Assembly (NCBI GenBank): GCA_030425545.1
Contig: JAUIAC010000003.1
Span: 3,857-67,856, forward strand
Reading direction: 5' to 3'
DNA from: a bacterium
GTDB taxonomy: Bacteria; Myxococcota_A; UBA9042
Length of the DNA stretch: 64,000 nt
The position numbers and the translations under genes were made by a program. Shown in pieces: positions 44,787 through 54,596 of the stretch; position 1 is the first letter of the stretch, and the number at the start of each line of letters is the position of its first letter. The notes beneath the pieces are model-generated. The model had not been told where the DNA came from. It did no database searches and worked only from the letters and a program-made list of their open reading frames with translations.

Positions 44787-45613
44787 CCTCGCTGCGTCCC
44801 GACCGCACCTGCGCAGAGGCCCGTGGGCTCGCGCTTGGGCTCCGGCGCGCGTGGCGACTGCGCCTGGCTCGCGCCGACCTGAAGCCGTGGCGTCGCCACA
44901 TGGCGACCGCTGGGATCCACCTCGCTGCGTCGCGCACCACCTTCGCGGACCTCTCCGGCGGCCGGCTGCGGGAGGGCGCGGGCGGCCTGCACCTGGTGGT
45001 GCTCTCGCCCGACGTCGAGCTCGCCCGGGCGTGTCTGGCCGAGGAGCTCCGCAACGTCGGGCGGGGGGCCGCCGCCACGTGGGCCGATCTGCGGGACACC
45101 CACGCGACGCACCGTCGCCTCGGGGACGCCTACGGCTACCCTGCGTGCTGCGTCGAGGCCTTCTGCGACGCCCACGCGGAGGCGGTCCTGCAGGGCGACT
45201 CGCTCGGCGACAACGGCCTCGCCATCGCCCGCGCCGCAGCGCGCAGCGCGTCGTTCCACCCGTGGCTGGGCTCCCTGCCCGGGGCCTTCGGTGCCCATGC
45301 GCCCACGCCTCTGCGGCACCTGCCGTGCCGCTTCGACTGCGCTGCGTCCTTGTCCCTCGCCGAGGCCTTGTACGCAGACCTGGCGCGGGTCGATCCACTC
45401 CGGCACCGACGGCTCGCAGCGGGGCTGACCCGCCCGGTGTGGGTCGACCGCCACGGCGTCGCGACCCTGGCGTCAGGGCTCGAGCGAAGCGCGACCCACT
45501 GGTCGGTGAAGCTGCCCTCCGGCGCGTCGGCGCGGTGTCCCGTGCGTCCCCGCGCGGGCGAGGCGCTCCTGCCCACGGTGCTGCCCTTTGCCCCCCGGCA
45601 CTCGCCAGCCTGA
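44783..45613 (+). CDS. Hypothetical protein (ATGA-coupled to the ompA-like gene)
   Basis: Its ATG overlaps the upstream TGA. No recognisable family. It contains GYPACCVEAF. Confidence 0.4.
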   Translation: MTSLRPDRTCAEARGLALGLRRAWRLRLARADLKPWRRHMATAGIHLAASRTTFADLSGGRLREGAGGLHLVVLSPDVELARACLAEELRNVGRGAAATWADLRDTHATHRRLGDAYGYPACCVEAFCDAHAEAVLQGDSLGDNGLAIARAAARSASFHPWLGSLPGAFGAHAPTPLRHLPCRFDCAASLSLAEALYADLARVDPLRHRRLAAGLTRPVWVDRHGVATLASGLERSATHWSVKLPSGASARCPVRPRAGEALLPTVLPFAPRHSPA

Positions 45614-45873
45614 GCCAGGTCCCCGGGCCGCGCGGCGCCGCCCGGGGGACGTCGCGTCCCGGCGCCGGCGGCAGATGACAACCTCGCGCCCTGACCGTAG
45701 CCTCGTGGGGTCCCTCGCGTGCGGCTCGTCCGCGCTCGCCCACACGACCTTCGCGCACCGTCACCCTGCGCGCGCACCACCACGGGTTGCCCGTCGCGCC
45801 GCCCGCTTGCGTCGCCACGCGGCGCGCCCCTGCCCCCGCCCTTGTCGGCGGTCGGTTCGGCCCAGGAGTCTCC

Positions 45874-47862
45874 ATGAAGCTGCAGCCCGTTGGCGTCGAC
45901 CTGCTCCCCAAGGTGGTCAAGGCCATGTCGCAGAGCGCGCTCTTTCGCGGCATCCCGGAGCAACAGCTGGCCGGGCCCGCGCAGCAGGCGGTGCTGGCCC
46001 ACTACGCGCCCGACGAGGTGATGATGCGCGCCGGCGACCGCGCGGACGGGTTCAGCGTCCTGCTGAACGGCGCCGCGGTGCGCAGCATGGCCGTGCCCGC
46101 CACCGACACCATGGTCGAGGTCGACCGCATCGCCGCCATGGAGACCTTCGGCGAGATCGACATGCTGCTCGGTCAGGCGCGGCGCTCCACCGTCACCGCG
46201 GCGTCGCAGTCCCTCGCGCTCACGTTCGACGGCGGCGCTGTGCAGCACCTCTTCGAGCGGGTGCCCTCCTTCGGCATGCAGCTCGGCCGCGTGCTCGCGC
46301 AGCGGGTGCGCAAGGCTGAGCCGGAGGTGCCCCTCCGCTTCTTCGATCTGCGTCGGGCGCCACCGAGCAAGGAGGTGGTCGAGCTGCTCCCGGGCGCGTT
46401 CATCGCGCGGCAGCGGGTGCTGCCCGTCCAGAGCGAGGGCAACAAGCTGGTGGTGGGCTTCGTCGACCCGCTCACGCGGCGCACCTTCGAGGCGATCCGG
46501 AAGCAGCTGCCCGGCATGGAGCTGTCGCCGGTGCGCATCGATCCCGAGGACTTTCGCAAGCTGGCCACGGCCCGAGGGGTCGCCCTCGACCTCGACACGA
46601 GCGGGGGCGGCGGGGCAGGGCGCCGGGCCTTTGCCCAGACCGGGTCGGCGCCGATCCCGAGCCGCGCCACGGGCGGCGTGGCCATGCCGCCGAGCATGAC
46701 CGGCGTCCACGCGCCAAGCCTGGACGGCCCCGCCGGCGCCGCTGGGACTGGCGCCGGGGTCAACCGGCGCTTTGGGCCGCGGGTCGACAACAACCCCCGC
46801 CTGGACGTCATGCTCAAGCGCATGGTGGCCGAGGGCGCGTCCGACCTCCACCTGAGCGCTGGGCACCGGCCGCGGTGGCGCATCGACGGCGAGATCCACG
46901 AGATCTCCGAGGCCAAGGTCCTGGGGCCAGACACGGTCATGGAGCTCTTCGAGCCGGTCATGGCCGACCGCAGCATCAAGGAGTTCGAGGGCAACGACGT
47001 CGACTTCGCCTACGCCATCCCCAACGTCGCCCGCTTCCGCGTCAACCTCTTCGCGGACCGCCTCGGCATCGGCGCGGTGCTCCGCCAGATCCCGGACAAG
47101 ATCCTGACCTTCGAGCAGCTCGGCCTCCCGGAAGCCGTGCGCAAGATGTGTGACCACCCCAAGGGGATGATCCTGGTCACCGGCCCCACGGGCTCGGGCA
47201 AGTCGACCACGCTCGCGGCGATGATGGACTACATCAACAAGACGCGACGGACCCACATCATCACGCTCGAAGACCCCATCGAGTTCGTCCACAAGAGCCG
47301 CAAGTCCCTGGTCAACCAGCGCGAGGTGGGGGAACACACGGCCAGCTTCAAGCGCGCGCTCAAGGCCGCCCTGCGCGAGGATCCGGACATCGTGCTGGTG
47401 GGCGAGATGCGCGACATCACCACCGTCGGCCTCGCCCTGGAGACCGCGAACACCGGTCACCTGGTCTTTGGCACGCTGCACACGGCTACGGCCATCTCGA
47501 CGGTGGACCGCATCATCGACCTCTTCCCGCACGCGCAGCAGTCCCAGATCCGCGCGACGGTGGCCGACTGTCTCAAGGGGGTGATCTCGCAGACCCTGTG
47601 CCGCAAGAAGGGGGGCGGGCGCATCGCCGCGCTGGAGATCCTGGTGGGCTCGGCGGCGATCTCGAACCTGATCCGAGAGGGTAAGAACCACCAGATCGCC
47701 AACATTCAGATGACGGCGAAAAAGCAGGGCAATCAGATGTTGAACGAGGAGCTGGAGAAGCTCGTGCTCGCCGCCAAGGTCGAGTACGAAGAGGCCATCG
47801 GCAAGTCGCTGGACAAGCCCGACCTGGCCAAGCGCTTCGGGCGTGAGTACTTCGAGTCGTAG
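45874..47862 (+). CDS. PilT/PilU-family type IV pilus retraction ATPase with N-terminal cNMP-binding-like and GspE_N (T2SSE_N/MshEN-like) domains
   Basis: Walker A is GPTGSGKST. Other ATPase motifs are LEDPIE, the Asp box VGEMRD and the His box GHLVFGTLHT. AIRNLIREGK is PilT-like. The N-terminal ~130 aa resemble a cyclic-nucleotide-binding fold (FGEIDML...). A GspE_N-like segment is LPGAFIARQRVLPVQSEGNKLVVGFVDP. The ATG at 45874 has a GGAG Shine-Dalgarno sequence. Confidence 0.85.
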   Translation: MKLQPVGVDLLPKVVKAMSQSALFRGIPEQQLAGPAQQAVLAHYAPDEVMMRAGDRADGFSVLLNGAAVRSMAVPATDTMVEVDRIAAMETFGEIDMLLGQARRSTVTAASQSLALTFDGGAVQHLFERVPSFGMQLGRVLAQRVRKAEPEVPLRFFDLRRAPPSKEVVELLPGAFIARQRVLPVQSEGNKLVVGFVDPLTRRTFEAIRKQLPGMELSPVRIDPEDFRKLATARGVALDLDTSGGGGAGRRAFAQTGSAPIPSRATGGVAMPPSMTGVHAPSLDGPAGAAGTGAGVNRRFGPRVDNNPRLDVMLKRMVAEGASDLHLSAGHRPRWRIDGEIHEISEAKVLGPDTVMELFEPVMADRSIKEFEGNDVDFAYAIPNVARFRVNLFADRLGIGAVLRQIPDKILTFEQLGLPEAVRKMCDHPKGMILVTGPTGSGKSTTLAAMMDYINKTRRTHIITLEDPIEFVHKSRKSLVNQREVGEHTASFKRALKAALREDPDIVLVGEMRDITTVGLALETANTGHLVFGTLHTATAISTVDRIIDLFPHAQQSQIRATVADCLKGVISQTLCRKKGGGRIAALEILVGSAAISNLIREGKNHQIANIQMTAKKQGNQMLNEELEKLVLAAKVEYEEAIGKSLDKPDLAKRFGREYFES

Positions 47863-47919
47863 GGGGCCTGGCGTCAGCGCGGGCGAGAGGGGGCCCGGGC
47901 GCTGCGTCGCCTCGGCAGC

Positions 47920-48306
47920 CTACGACTCAGCGATGTGGTCCGTGTATTCACCTGCCCGCAGCAGCTCGTCGAGCTCCTCCGGAGACTCCATGCGAATCCG
48001 GATGATCCACCCGTCTTCGTAGGGGTTGCTGTTGAGCAGCTCAGGCGCACCCTCGAGCGCGCCGTTGATCTCGAGGATCTGCCCGGACAGGGGCGCGTAG
48101 ATGTCCGACACGGACTTCGTCGACTCGATCTGGCCGATCGAGTCGCCGCGCGCGACCTCAACGCCGTCGTCGGGCAGCTCCACGTACACGATGGCACCGA
48201 GCTGATCCTGGGCAAACGAGGTGATGCCCACGGTCACGACGCCGTCGTCGTCTTTTCGCACCCACTCATGCTCTTCGGTGTACAGCAGATCGGATGGCAC
48301 GGACAT
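47920..48306 (-). CDS. gcvH: Glycine cleavage system H protein
   Basis: YTEEHEW start and the lipoyl-Lys motif ESTKSVSD. Confidence 0.9.
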   Translation of the reverse strand: MSVPSDLLYTEEHEWVRKDDDGVVTVGITSFAQDQLGAIVYVELPDDGVEVARGDSIGQIESTKSVSDIYAPLSGQILEINGALEGAPELLNSNPYEDGWIIRIRMESPEELDELLRAGEYTDHIAES

Positions 48307-48364
48307 GGATCCTCCAACTGGCAACGCCCCGCCGGGGCGGCTCTTTCTTCGTCGTGGCGTGAGC

Positions 48365-49459
48365 TCAGGCCCCGCGCACGTAGAACGGCATCTTCACGAC
48401 CTTGGCCCGGCGCTCTTTGCCGCGCATCTCCACCTGCAGCTCGGTGCCGAGCTTGGAGAGCGCGCGGGGGACCAGCGCGATGGCGACCGGACGCTTGAGG
48501 CTCGGTGACTGCGTACCGCTGGTGACGTGGCCGACGACCTCGCCGTCGTGACGCACAGGGTAGTCGGCCCGTGGGATGCCGCGGTCGATCATCTCCAAGC
48601 CCACCAGCCGACGGGTCGGCTTGTTGGCTTTGATCTCGGCGAGGGCCGCGCTGCCCACGAAGGGCGTGTCCGTGAGCTTGATCGCCCAGGCCACGCGGGC
48701 CTCGTAGCCGTTGATCTCGTCGGTCAGCTCGTGCCCGTAGAGCGCGTAGCCGACCTCGAGCCGCAACGTGTCGCGCGCCCCCAGCCCCACGGGGCTGACG
48801 TCGCTGTCGGCCGCCAGACAGGCCTGCCAGAGGTCGCCTGCCACCTCGGGCGGGCAGTAGATCTCGAAGCCCGGCTCGCCCGTGTAGCCGGTGGTCGCGA
48901 CGAGCAGGTTGGCGCCGCGAAAGTCATGCACGCGGATCGCGTTGCGCGGGAGCCCGATGGCGTCCCCCGGGGCGACCGCGCGCAGCACGTCGCTGGCCTT
49001 GGGGCCCTGCAGCGCGATCTGCGCGAAGGCGTCGGAGCGGTCGACGACGCGGTCCGGCTGCTGCGCGTGGGCCTTGAGGTGCGCGAGATCTTTGGCGACG
49101 TTGGCCGCGTTGACCACCAGCATGTAGCGCTCGGCGCCCAGTCGGTAGACGTAGAGGTCGTCGACGGTGCCGCCGTTGGGGTGGCAGAGCAGCGCGTAGC
49201 AGGCGTCGCCGTCGGCGAGCTGCGTGACGTCGTTGCTGACCAGCCGGTTGACCTCATCTTCGGCGCCGGGGCCCTCGATCAGGATCTCACCCATGTGGCT
49301 GACGTCGAAGAGGCCGCAGCCGGAGCGTGTCGCGAGGTGCTCCGCGACCAGCCCGCGGCCCTTGTACTGCACCGGCATCTCCCAGCCGGCAAAGTCGACG
49401 AGCTGGCCGCCGAGGGCGACGTGCTGGTCGAACAGAGGCGTGCGTCGGAGAGCAGTCAT
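48365..49459 (-). CDS. gcvT: Aminomethyltransferase (glycine cleavage T protein)
   Basis: 364 aa. TPLFD, GWEMPVQY and HLATR hallmark segments. Confidence 0.9.
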   Translation of the reverse strand: MTALRRTPLFDQHVALGGQLVDFAGWEMPVQYKGRGLVAEHLATRSGCGLFDVSHMGEILIEGPGAEDEVNRLVSNDVTQLADGDACYALLCHPNGGTVDDLYVYRLGAERYMLVVNAANVAKDLAHLKAHAQQPDRVVDRSDAFAQIALQGPKASDVLRAVAPGDAIGLPRNAIRVHDFRGANLLVATTGYTGEPGFEIYCPPEVAGDLWQACLAADSDVSPVGLGARDTLRLEVGYALYGHELTDEINGYEARVAWAIKLTDTPFVGSAALAEIKANKPTRRLVGLEMIDRGIPRADYPVRHDGEVVGHVTSGTQSPSLKRPVAIALVPRALSKLGTELQVEMRGKERRAKVVKMPFYVRGA

Positions 49460-49555
49460 GGGGCACCACTAGGTTCGCGCGGGGGGAAAGTCAAGTGCCC
49501 GGCCGATCCCAACGAGCGGCGGACCCAGGGACGGTCGGGGCCCGGCTGGCGCGCT

Positions 49556-50458
49556 TCAGGCCGACTCAGGCTGAGCCAGCCCACGCCGCGAGCGAAACGC
49601 TCGCACGGTGTTGTCGAGCAACATCGCGATGGTCATGGGTCCGACGCCACCGGGGACAGGCGACAGGGCCGCCGCGACCTGGCGCACCTCGTCGGCGTGC
49701 ACGTCACCGCACAGGCCGCCGTCCGCCCGGCGATGGATGCCGACGTCGATCACCCAGGCGCCCGGCTTCACCCAGTCGCCTCGGACCAGCTCAGGGCGAC
49801 CCGCCGCTGCCACGACGATGTCGGCGGCGCGGGTGTGCTTGGCGGTGTCCACGGTCCGGCTGTGGCACACGGTGACCGTGCAGTTGGCCTGGAGCAGCAG
49901 CAGCGCCATGGGCTTGCCCACGGTGACGCTGCGGCCGATGACCACGGCGTGCTTGCCGGAGAGCGGCTCGCCGAGGGTCTCGGCCGTGCGCGTCAGCATC
50001 TCCAGGACACCGGCGGGCGTGCAGGCGACCAACCCTGGGCGCCCGGCGGCCAGCGCGCCCAGGTTGCCGAGCGCGAAGCCGTCGACGTCCTTGTCGAGCG
50101 CCACGCGGGCGATGACCGTGTCGGCGTCGATGTGCCCCGGCAGCGGCAGCTGCACCAGGATGCCGTCCACCGCAGGGTCGGCGTTGAGCGAGTCGAGCAG
50201 GGTGAGCAGGGCCTCCTGCGTCGTCGCGGCGGGGAGCACATGGGAGAGCGAGCGGATGCCCACCTTTTCGCACGCGCGCACCTTGTGCCGCACGTAGATC
50301 GCTGAGGCCGGGTCGTCGCCGACGAGCACCACAGCGAGCCCGGGGGACTCGCCGGTCTCCGCCCGCAGCGCCTCGACCTCGCCCTTGAGGCGCGCGCGCA
50401 CAGCCTTCGCGGCCACCCGTCCGTCCACTCGGAGGGCTTCGTTTCCTGCGTCTGTCAT
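49556..50458 (-). CDS. folD: Bifunctional methylenetetrahydrofolate dehydrogenase/cyclohydrolase
   Basis: 300 aa. YVRHKVRACEKVGI, GILVQLPLP and GRSVTVGKPMA motifs. The internal ATG confirmed by residue count is preferred over the 706-aa ORF. Confidence 0.9.
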   Translation of the reverse strand: MTDAGNEALRVDGRVAAKAVRARLKGEVEALRAETGESPGLAVVLVGDDPASAIYVRHKVRACEKVGIRSLSHVLPAATTQEALLTLLDSLNADPAVDGILVQLPLPGHIDADTVIARVALDKDVDGFALGNLGALAAGRPGLVACTPAGVLEMLTRTAETLGEPLSGKHAVVIGRSVTVGKPMALLLLQANCTVTVCHSRTVDTAKHTRAADIVVAAAGRPELVRGDWVKPGAWVIDVGIHRRADGGLCGDVHADEVRQVAAALSPVPGGVGPMTIAMLLDNTVRAFRSRRGLAQPESA

Positions 50459-50532
50459 GCTCGTCTCCCGCTGCGCCCGGCGTGGGCGCCACGGACGATG
50501 CTGCGGCGGCTGAGCGGCTGTCAACGCGAGGC

Positions 50533-51723
50533 TCAGCGCGCCTGGGCGTACTTGAAGCGGGCCGTGCCCTTGCGCACCGCTGGCGGAGCGGGGCTCGGCG
50601 CTTGCGTGGCGGCGGGACCCACGGCGGGCGGGCCCGCAGGGGCGACGGCCGCGGCGGCGGGCTTGGGCTGGCCCGAGCGCACCGAGGCCTCCCAGGTGCC
50701 CGCGAGCCCGTAGGTGAAGGGGTGGATCAACAGCGACACCGCCTTGCGGGTAAAGAAGCCGAGCTTGGCCAGGTCGTCCTTGCGCGAGACCTGCCGGGCG
50801 GTCTGGAGCACCACCTGCGCTTGCTTGGTCCCCCGAGCCGCGTCGACCTCGATGCGCCAGGGCACCTGGTAGCCGTTGCGGGCGTCCTTGCGCTGGGCCA
50901 GTCGCCGCTCGGCTGTGATCGCGCCGACAAAGCGCTGCCCGCGGCCGCGCAGGATGACGAAGCCGAGCACCCGACGCCCGCGCTCCTTCGGCGCCACCAG
51001 GTAGTCGACCACCGTCAGGCTGTTGCCGCGGACCCGGTGGAGCTGCACGACGTGGTTGTAGACCCGGTGGGCCTTGATGGTCGACGCCTCGTGTACGGCG
51101 AACACCGTCGTGGTGAGGTCGGCGCGGGCCCCCTTGGCGCCTGTGAGGTCCAGCTTGACCGACGCCCAGGGGCTCAGCACGTCCCGTCGAATCCACCCTG
51201 ACGGGCCGCGATCCTTGAGCCGTAGCCCGCGCCCGCGTGGCGTGAGCACGGCCGTGCCCTTGGCTGCCCCAACCGAGAACTGCATGTGCAGCTTGCCGCC
51301 GCGCACCTCGAGCAGGTTGTCGCCGGCGCGCAGACCAAAGCGATCTTTGAACACCGTGTAGGCGCCCCGTTTGAAGGTCTGCTTGCCGTACACCGTGCCG
51401 CTGGCCGTGCGCTGCTGCACGGTGATGGTCAGCTTGCCCTTGCGATAGCCGGCGTTGGCCACGCTGAAGCGGATGAACGTGCGCTGACCCGCGCTGGTCG
51501 CGCCGCGCAGCGTGAGGTGTTCGACAGCCTCGCTGTGCTTGGCGAAGCCCTTGCTCGCCCACCGCATGGGGCCCTTGGGCAGCCCGGCAGAGGCCGCCGT
51601 GGTGGCGCCGAGGGTCAAGAGCGCGAGGCTCAGCGCGGCCCACCGAGCGCGTCGGCGGGGGGCGCGTCGACGACACGCGGCGACGCTGCGGCCCAGATGC
51701 GGCTCGGTGGTGTTGCGAAGCAT
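50533..51723 (-). CDS. Hypothetical secreted protein
   Basis: Signal peptide WAALSLALLTLGATTAASAG. No family recognised. It sits between cysE and folD on the same strand. Confidence 0.5.
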   Translation of the reverse strand: MLRNTTEPHLGRSVAACRRRAPRRRARWAALSLALLTLGATTAASAGLPKGPMRWASKGFAKHSEAVEHLTLRGATSAGQRTFIRFSVANAGYRKGKLTITVQQRTASGTVYGKQTFKRGAYTVFKDRFGLRAGDNLLEVRGGKLHMQFSVGAAKGTAVLTPRGRGLRLKDRGPSGWIRRDVLSPWASVKLDLTGAKGARADLTTTVFAVHEASTIKAHRVYNHVVQLHRVRGNSLTVVDYLVAPKERGRRVLGFVILRGRGQRFVGAITAERRLAQRKDARNGYQVPWRIEVDAARGTKQAQVVLQTARQVSRKDDLAKLGFFTRKAVSLLIHPFTYGLAGTWEASVRSGQPKPAAAAVAPAGPPAVGPAATQAPSPAPPAVRKGTARFKYAQAR

Positions 51724-51838
51724 GGCGCTCTCCCTCAGGCCGCTCGTGGTGACCTGCCTCGCACCCTTGGACGCGTCAACGCCGCGCCCCATTCACCCGG
51801 AGGCGGGGCCTCGGCCACGTCGCCCGCGTCGCGAGCGG

Positions 51839-52747
51839 TCAGGGCTGGGCGCCGTCCGGAACCATGACCACCGCGTCGGCGACCCGCGCCCCGACATCGA
51901 TGCGCAGGCGGGCGCCGGCGGGCACGCTGGTCGTCACCCAGGCGTTGCCTCCGATGATCGCGCCGCGCCCGATGACCGTGTCGCCGCCGAGCAGCGTTGC
52001 GTTGGCGTAGACGATGACGTCGTCTTCAATCGTCGGATGCCGCTGCGTCCCAGGCCGCGCGTTCGGCCCCACGCTTCGTGCGCCCACCGTGACGCCCTGG
52101 TAGATGCGGACGCCCCGCCCAATGACGGCGGTCTCGCCGATCACGACGCCGGTGCCATGGTCGATGAAGAGCCCCTCAGCGATGCGCGCGCCGGGGTGGA
52201 TGTCGATGCCCGTGTTGCGATGCGCCTGCTCTGTGGTCATGCGGGCGCACAAGGGAGCGCCGAGCTGCCACAGCACGTGGGCGAGCCGGTAGGCCTCGAT
52301 GGCGAGAAAACCGGGGTAGCAGCGCACCACCTCGGCTGCAGAGCGGGCCGCCGGGTCTCCGCGCAGCGCCGCGTTCAGGTCGTGCACCAGCGTCGCCCGC
52401 AGCGCGGGCAGCTGCGCCAGCACCGCGTCGCTCAGCTCCTCGGGGCACACCGCGTCTTCGCCCGGCGCCATGGCTGGCTGCACGCCGTCGGAGAGCGGCC
52501 CGGCGCTCAGCTCGGCGCAGATCAGCGCGACGAGGCCGGCCCGCAGCTCCCGCACCCGCGGCAGCACACGGGTGGCGTGGCCCAGGCGAATCTCCGGGAA
52601 GAGCACGTCGCGGTACGCGTTCAGCGTCGCTGCCACGCCTTCCGCGGAGGGCAGCCGCACGCCAGGCCCGTCGCCCATCCCGGACGCGGCGACCAGGGCC
52701 TGCGCGACCTGCTTGACGGTGTCTTGCCTTGCGGTGTCTTCGCTCAT
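51839..52747 (-). CDS. cysE: Serine O-acetyltransferase
   Basis: N-terminal SATase helical domain and a C-terminal hexapeptide-repeat left-handed beta-helix (GIDIHPGARIAEGLFIDHGTGVVIGETAVIG). Confidence 0.8.
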   Translation of the reverse strand: MSEDTARQDTVKQVAQALVAASGMGDGPGVRLPSAEGVAATLNAYRDVLFPEIRLGHATRVLPRVRELRAGLVALICAELSAGPLSDGVQPAMAPGEDAVCPEELSDAVLAQLPALRATLVHDLNAALRGDPAARSAAEVVRCYPGFLAIEAYRLAHVLWQLGAPLCARMTTEQAHRNTGIDIHPGARIAEGLFIDHGTGVVIGETAVIGRGVRIYQGVTVGARSVGPNARPGTQRHPTIEDDVIVYANATLLGGDTVIGRGAIIGGNAWVTTSVPAGARLRIDVGARVADAVVMVPDGAQP

Positions 52748-52804
52748 CCTGTCCCCTGCGTGGACCCGGTCGCCAGCGCGCGCCCGTGCCGGCGCGGCTG
52801 TCAC

Positions 52805-53719
52805 TCAGCTCAGGTAGCGCTCTCCGGAGTCACACAGAAAGGTCACGACGCGCTTGTCGGGACCGAGGCGCGCGGCCTCAGCCCGCGCCGCGACCAGGTT
52901 GGCGCCGCTCGACGGACCCACCAGCAAGCCACGCTGCATCGCGAGCTCCGTCGCCACGCGCACCGCGTCGTCGTCGGTGACCGGGACGACCTCGTCGATG
53001 ACGCTGTGGTCGACAATGTTGGGCACGAAGCCAGCGCCGATGCCCTGGATGGCGTGGGGGCGAAAGGCCTCCCCCGCGAAGGCGCGCGCCCGCGCCGGCT
53101 CGACCCCCACCACGCGCAGCTGCGGCAGGTGCGCCTTGAGCGCCCGCGCTGTGCCGGTGAGGGTGCCGCCGGTGCCGACCCCGGCCACCAGGACGTCGAG
53201 GCGCCCGTCGCAGCTCTCCAGCAGCTCCAGGGCGGTGGTCTTCTCGTGTGCGGTCGGGTTGTCGAGGTTGTCGAACTGGCGCGTCATGAAGGGCGCGCGG
53301 CCCGTCTCGGCCTCCACCTCGGCCGCGATCTGCCGCGCCCGCGCCACGCTGCCGCTCATCCCCTGGGCCCTGGGTGTCAACACGATGCGCGCCCCGAAGG
53401 CGCTCATGAGCAGCCGGCGCTCCACGCTCATGTCCTCGGGCATGACCACCACGCACCGGTAGCCACGCTCGGCCGAGAGCATGGCCAGAGAGATGCCGGT
53501 GTTGCCGCTCGACGCCTCGATCACCGTGGCGCCCGGCGTCAGCTCCCCGCGCGACTCTGCCGCGTCGAGCATCTCGCGGATCGGCCGGTCCTTGATCGAG
53601 CCCCCAGGGTTCAGGAGCTCACACTTGGCCAGGATCTCCGCCTGCTCGCCCCCAGGCGCGAGGCGAATGAGCGGCGTGCGCCCGATGAGGTCCGAGACGC
53701 GGTCGACGATGACGGGCAT
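52805..53719 (-). CDS. cysK: Cysteine synthase (O-acetylserine sulfhydrylase)
   Basis: PLP-Lys motif NPGGSIKDR, plus SSGNTG and GVGTGGTLTG motifs. Internal ATG at 53719. Confidence 0.9.
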   Translation of the reverse strand: MPVIVDRVSDLIGRTPLIRLAPGGEQAEILAKCELLNPGGSIKDRPIREMLDAAESRGELTPGATVIEASSGNTGISLAMLSAERGYRCVVVMPEDMSVERRLLMSAFGARIVLTPRAQGMSGSVARARQIAAEVEAETGRAPFMTRQFDNLDNPTAHEKTTALELLESCDGRLDVLVAGVGTGGTLTGTARALKAHLPQLRVVGVEPARARAFAGEAFRPHAIQGIGAGFVPNIVDHSVIDEVVPVTDDDAVRVATELAMQRGLLVGPSSGANLVAARAEAARLGPDKRVVTFLCDSGERYLS

Positions 53720-53822
53720 GGCTTCCTCCAGCAGGGTCGGCGGAGCATAGCGGACCCATCTCGCGCACGGAACCGGGGGCCACCGGAGGTGCGGTGGCAG
53801 GCCGCGGCTGGGGTCTGTTAGC

Positions 53823-54530
53823 GTGTGCCCCGGAGATCGGCAGAGGGCGCGCTGTTGGGGTGTCGCCCGCCTTGGAGCACCCTTGAGCTTGTCACCGCAG
53901 CTTCCTTCCACGACATCGCCGCAGCGCTTGGCCCCGAATCACGGGCGACCGGGCCGCGGCCGGACGTCGCGCACCGCGCAGCCCCGTCGGCTGTGCGCGC
54001 TCACCCTGTGCGCAGGCCTGCTCGCGGCCGGACTGTCGGGGTGCGACACGGACACCCCCCCGGACGCCGACGCAGGCGTCGAGTACGAGCCTTGGGGGGC
54101 GGTCGGCGGCGCCAACGACGAGGGCAAGGGCTTCATCTCGTGGGAAGACGGCACCGCGACCCCGCCGATGCTGCGTGGACCCCAGGGGGGACAGCACGTG
54201 TGGGTGTCGGTGCAGATGCGCGGCATGGTCCAGCAGAAGCTGCGGATGACGGTGGAGATGGTGCTCGACGACACCGGCAAGGTGGTCAAGCCCGGGGCGG
54301 TGCCCTTCATGCAGACCGTGCCGCCGCTGCCCGACGACCCCAAGACCTTTCAGTTCTCCGCGATCACGGCCTTTGTCCGGTGCCCCTGCCAGGTCGCCAA
54401 CAAGTCCGTGACGGTCAAGCTGACCCTCGACGATCTCTACGGGCGCAGCACCACCGCGACGGCGAAGATCAAGCCCTCGTGGGACGGGGACTGCAGCCTG
54501 CCGCCCTCTGCGTCCTGCAAAGATCAGTAG
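53823..54530 (+). CDS. Hypothetical lipoprotein
   Basis: Lipobox LCAGLLAAGLSGC. The start is uncertain; a TTG/CTG start nearer the signal peptide is possible. Confidence 0.45.
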   Translation: MCPGDRQRARCWGVARLGAPLSLSPQLPSTTSPQRLAPNHGRPGRGRTSRTAQPRRLCALTLCAGLLAAGLSGCDTDTPPDADAGVEYEPWGAVGGANDEGKGFISWEDGTATPPMLRGPQGGQHVWVSVQMRGMVQQKLRMTVEMVLDDTGKVVKPGAVPFMQTVPPLPDDPKTFQFSAITAFVRCPCQVANKSVTVKLTLDDLYGRSTTATAKIKPSWDGDCSLPPSASCKDQ

Positions 54531-54596
54531 CCCACCGCTGCGGAGGCGGCGCTCACGCTCGGGCCGCGTCGCCGGTTCAGCGCGGGCGCGGCCGGG

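Noticed and set aside
45136-47691. 851-aa minus-strand ORF
   Set aside because: It is antisense to the PilT-family ATPase, whose Walker A and His box motifs read on the plus strand. It has no motifs of its own.
49460-49555. Possible glycine riboswitch upstream of gcvT
   Set aside because: The gap is only 96 nt. It lacks the conserved glycine-aptamer elements (GGAGAG...CACCG / ACCGAAGGGGCAA-like cores).
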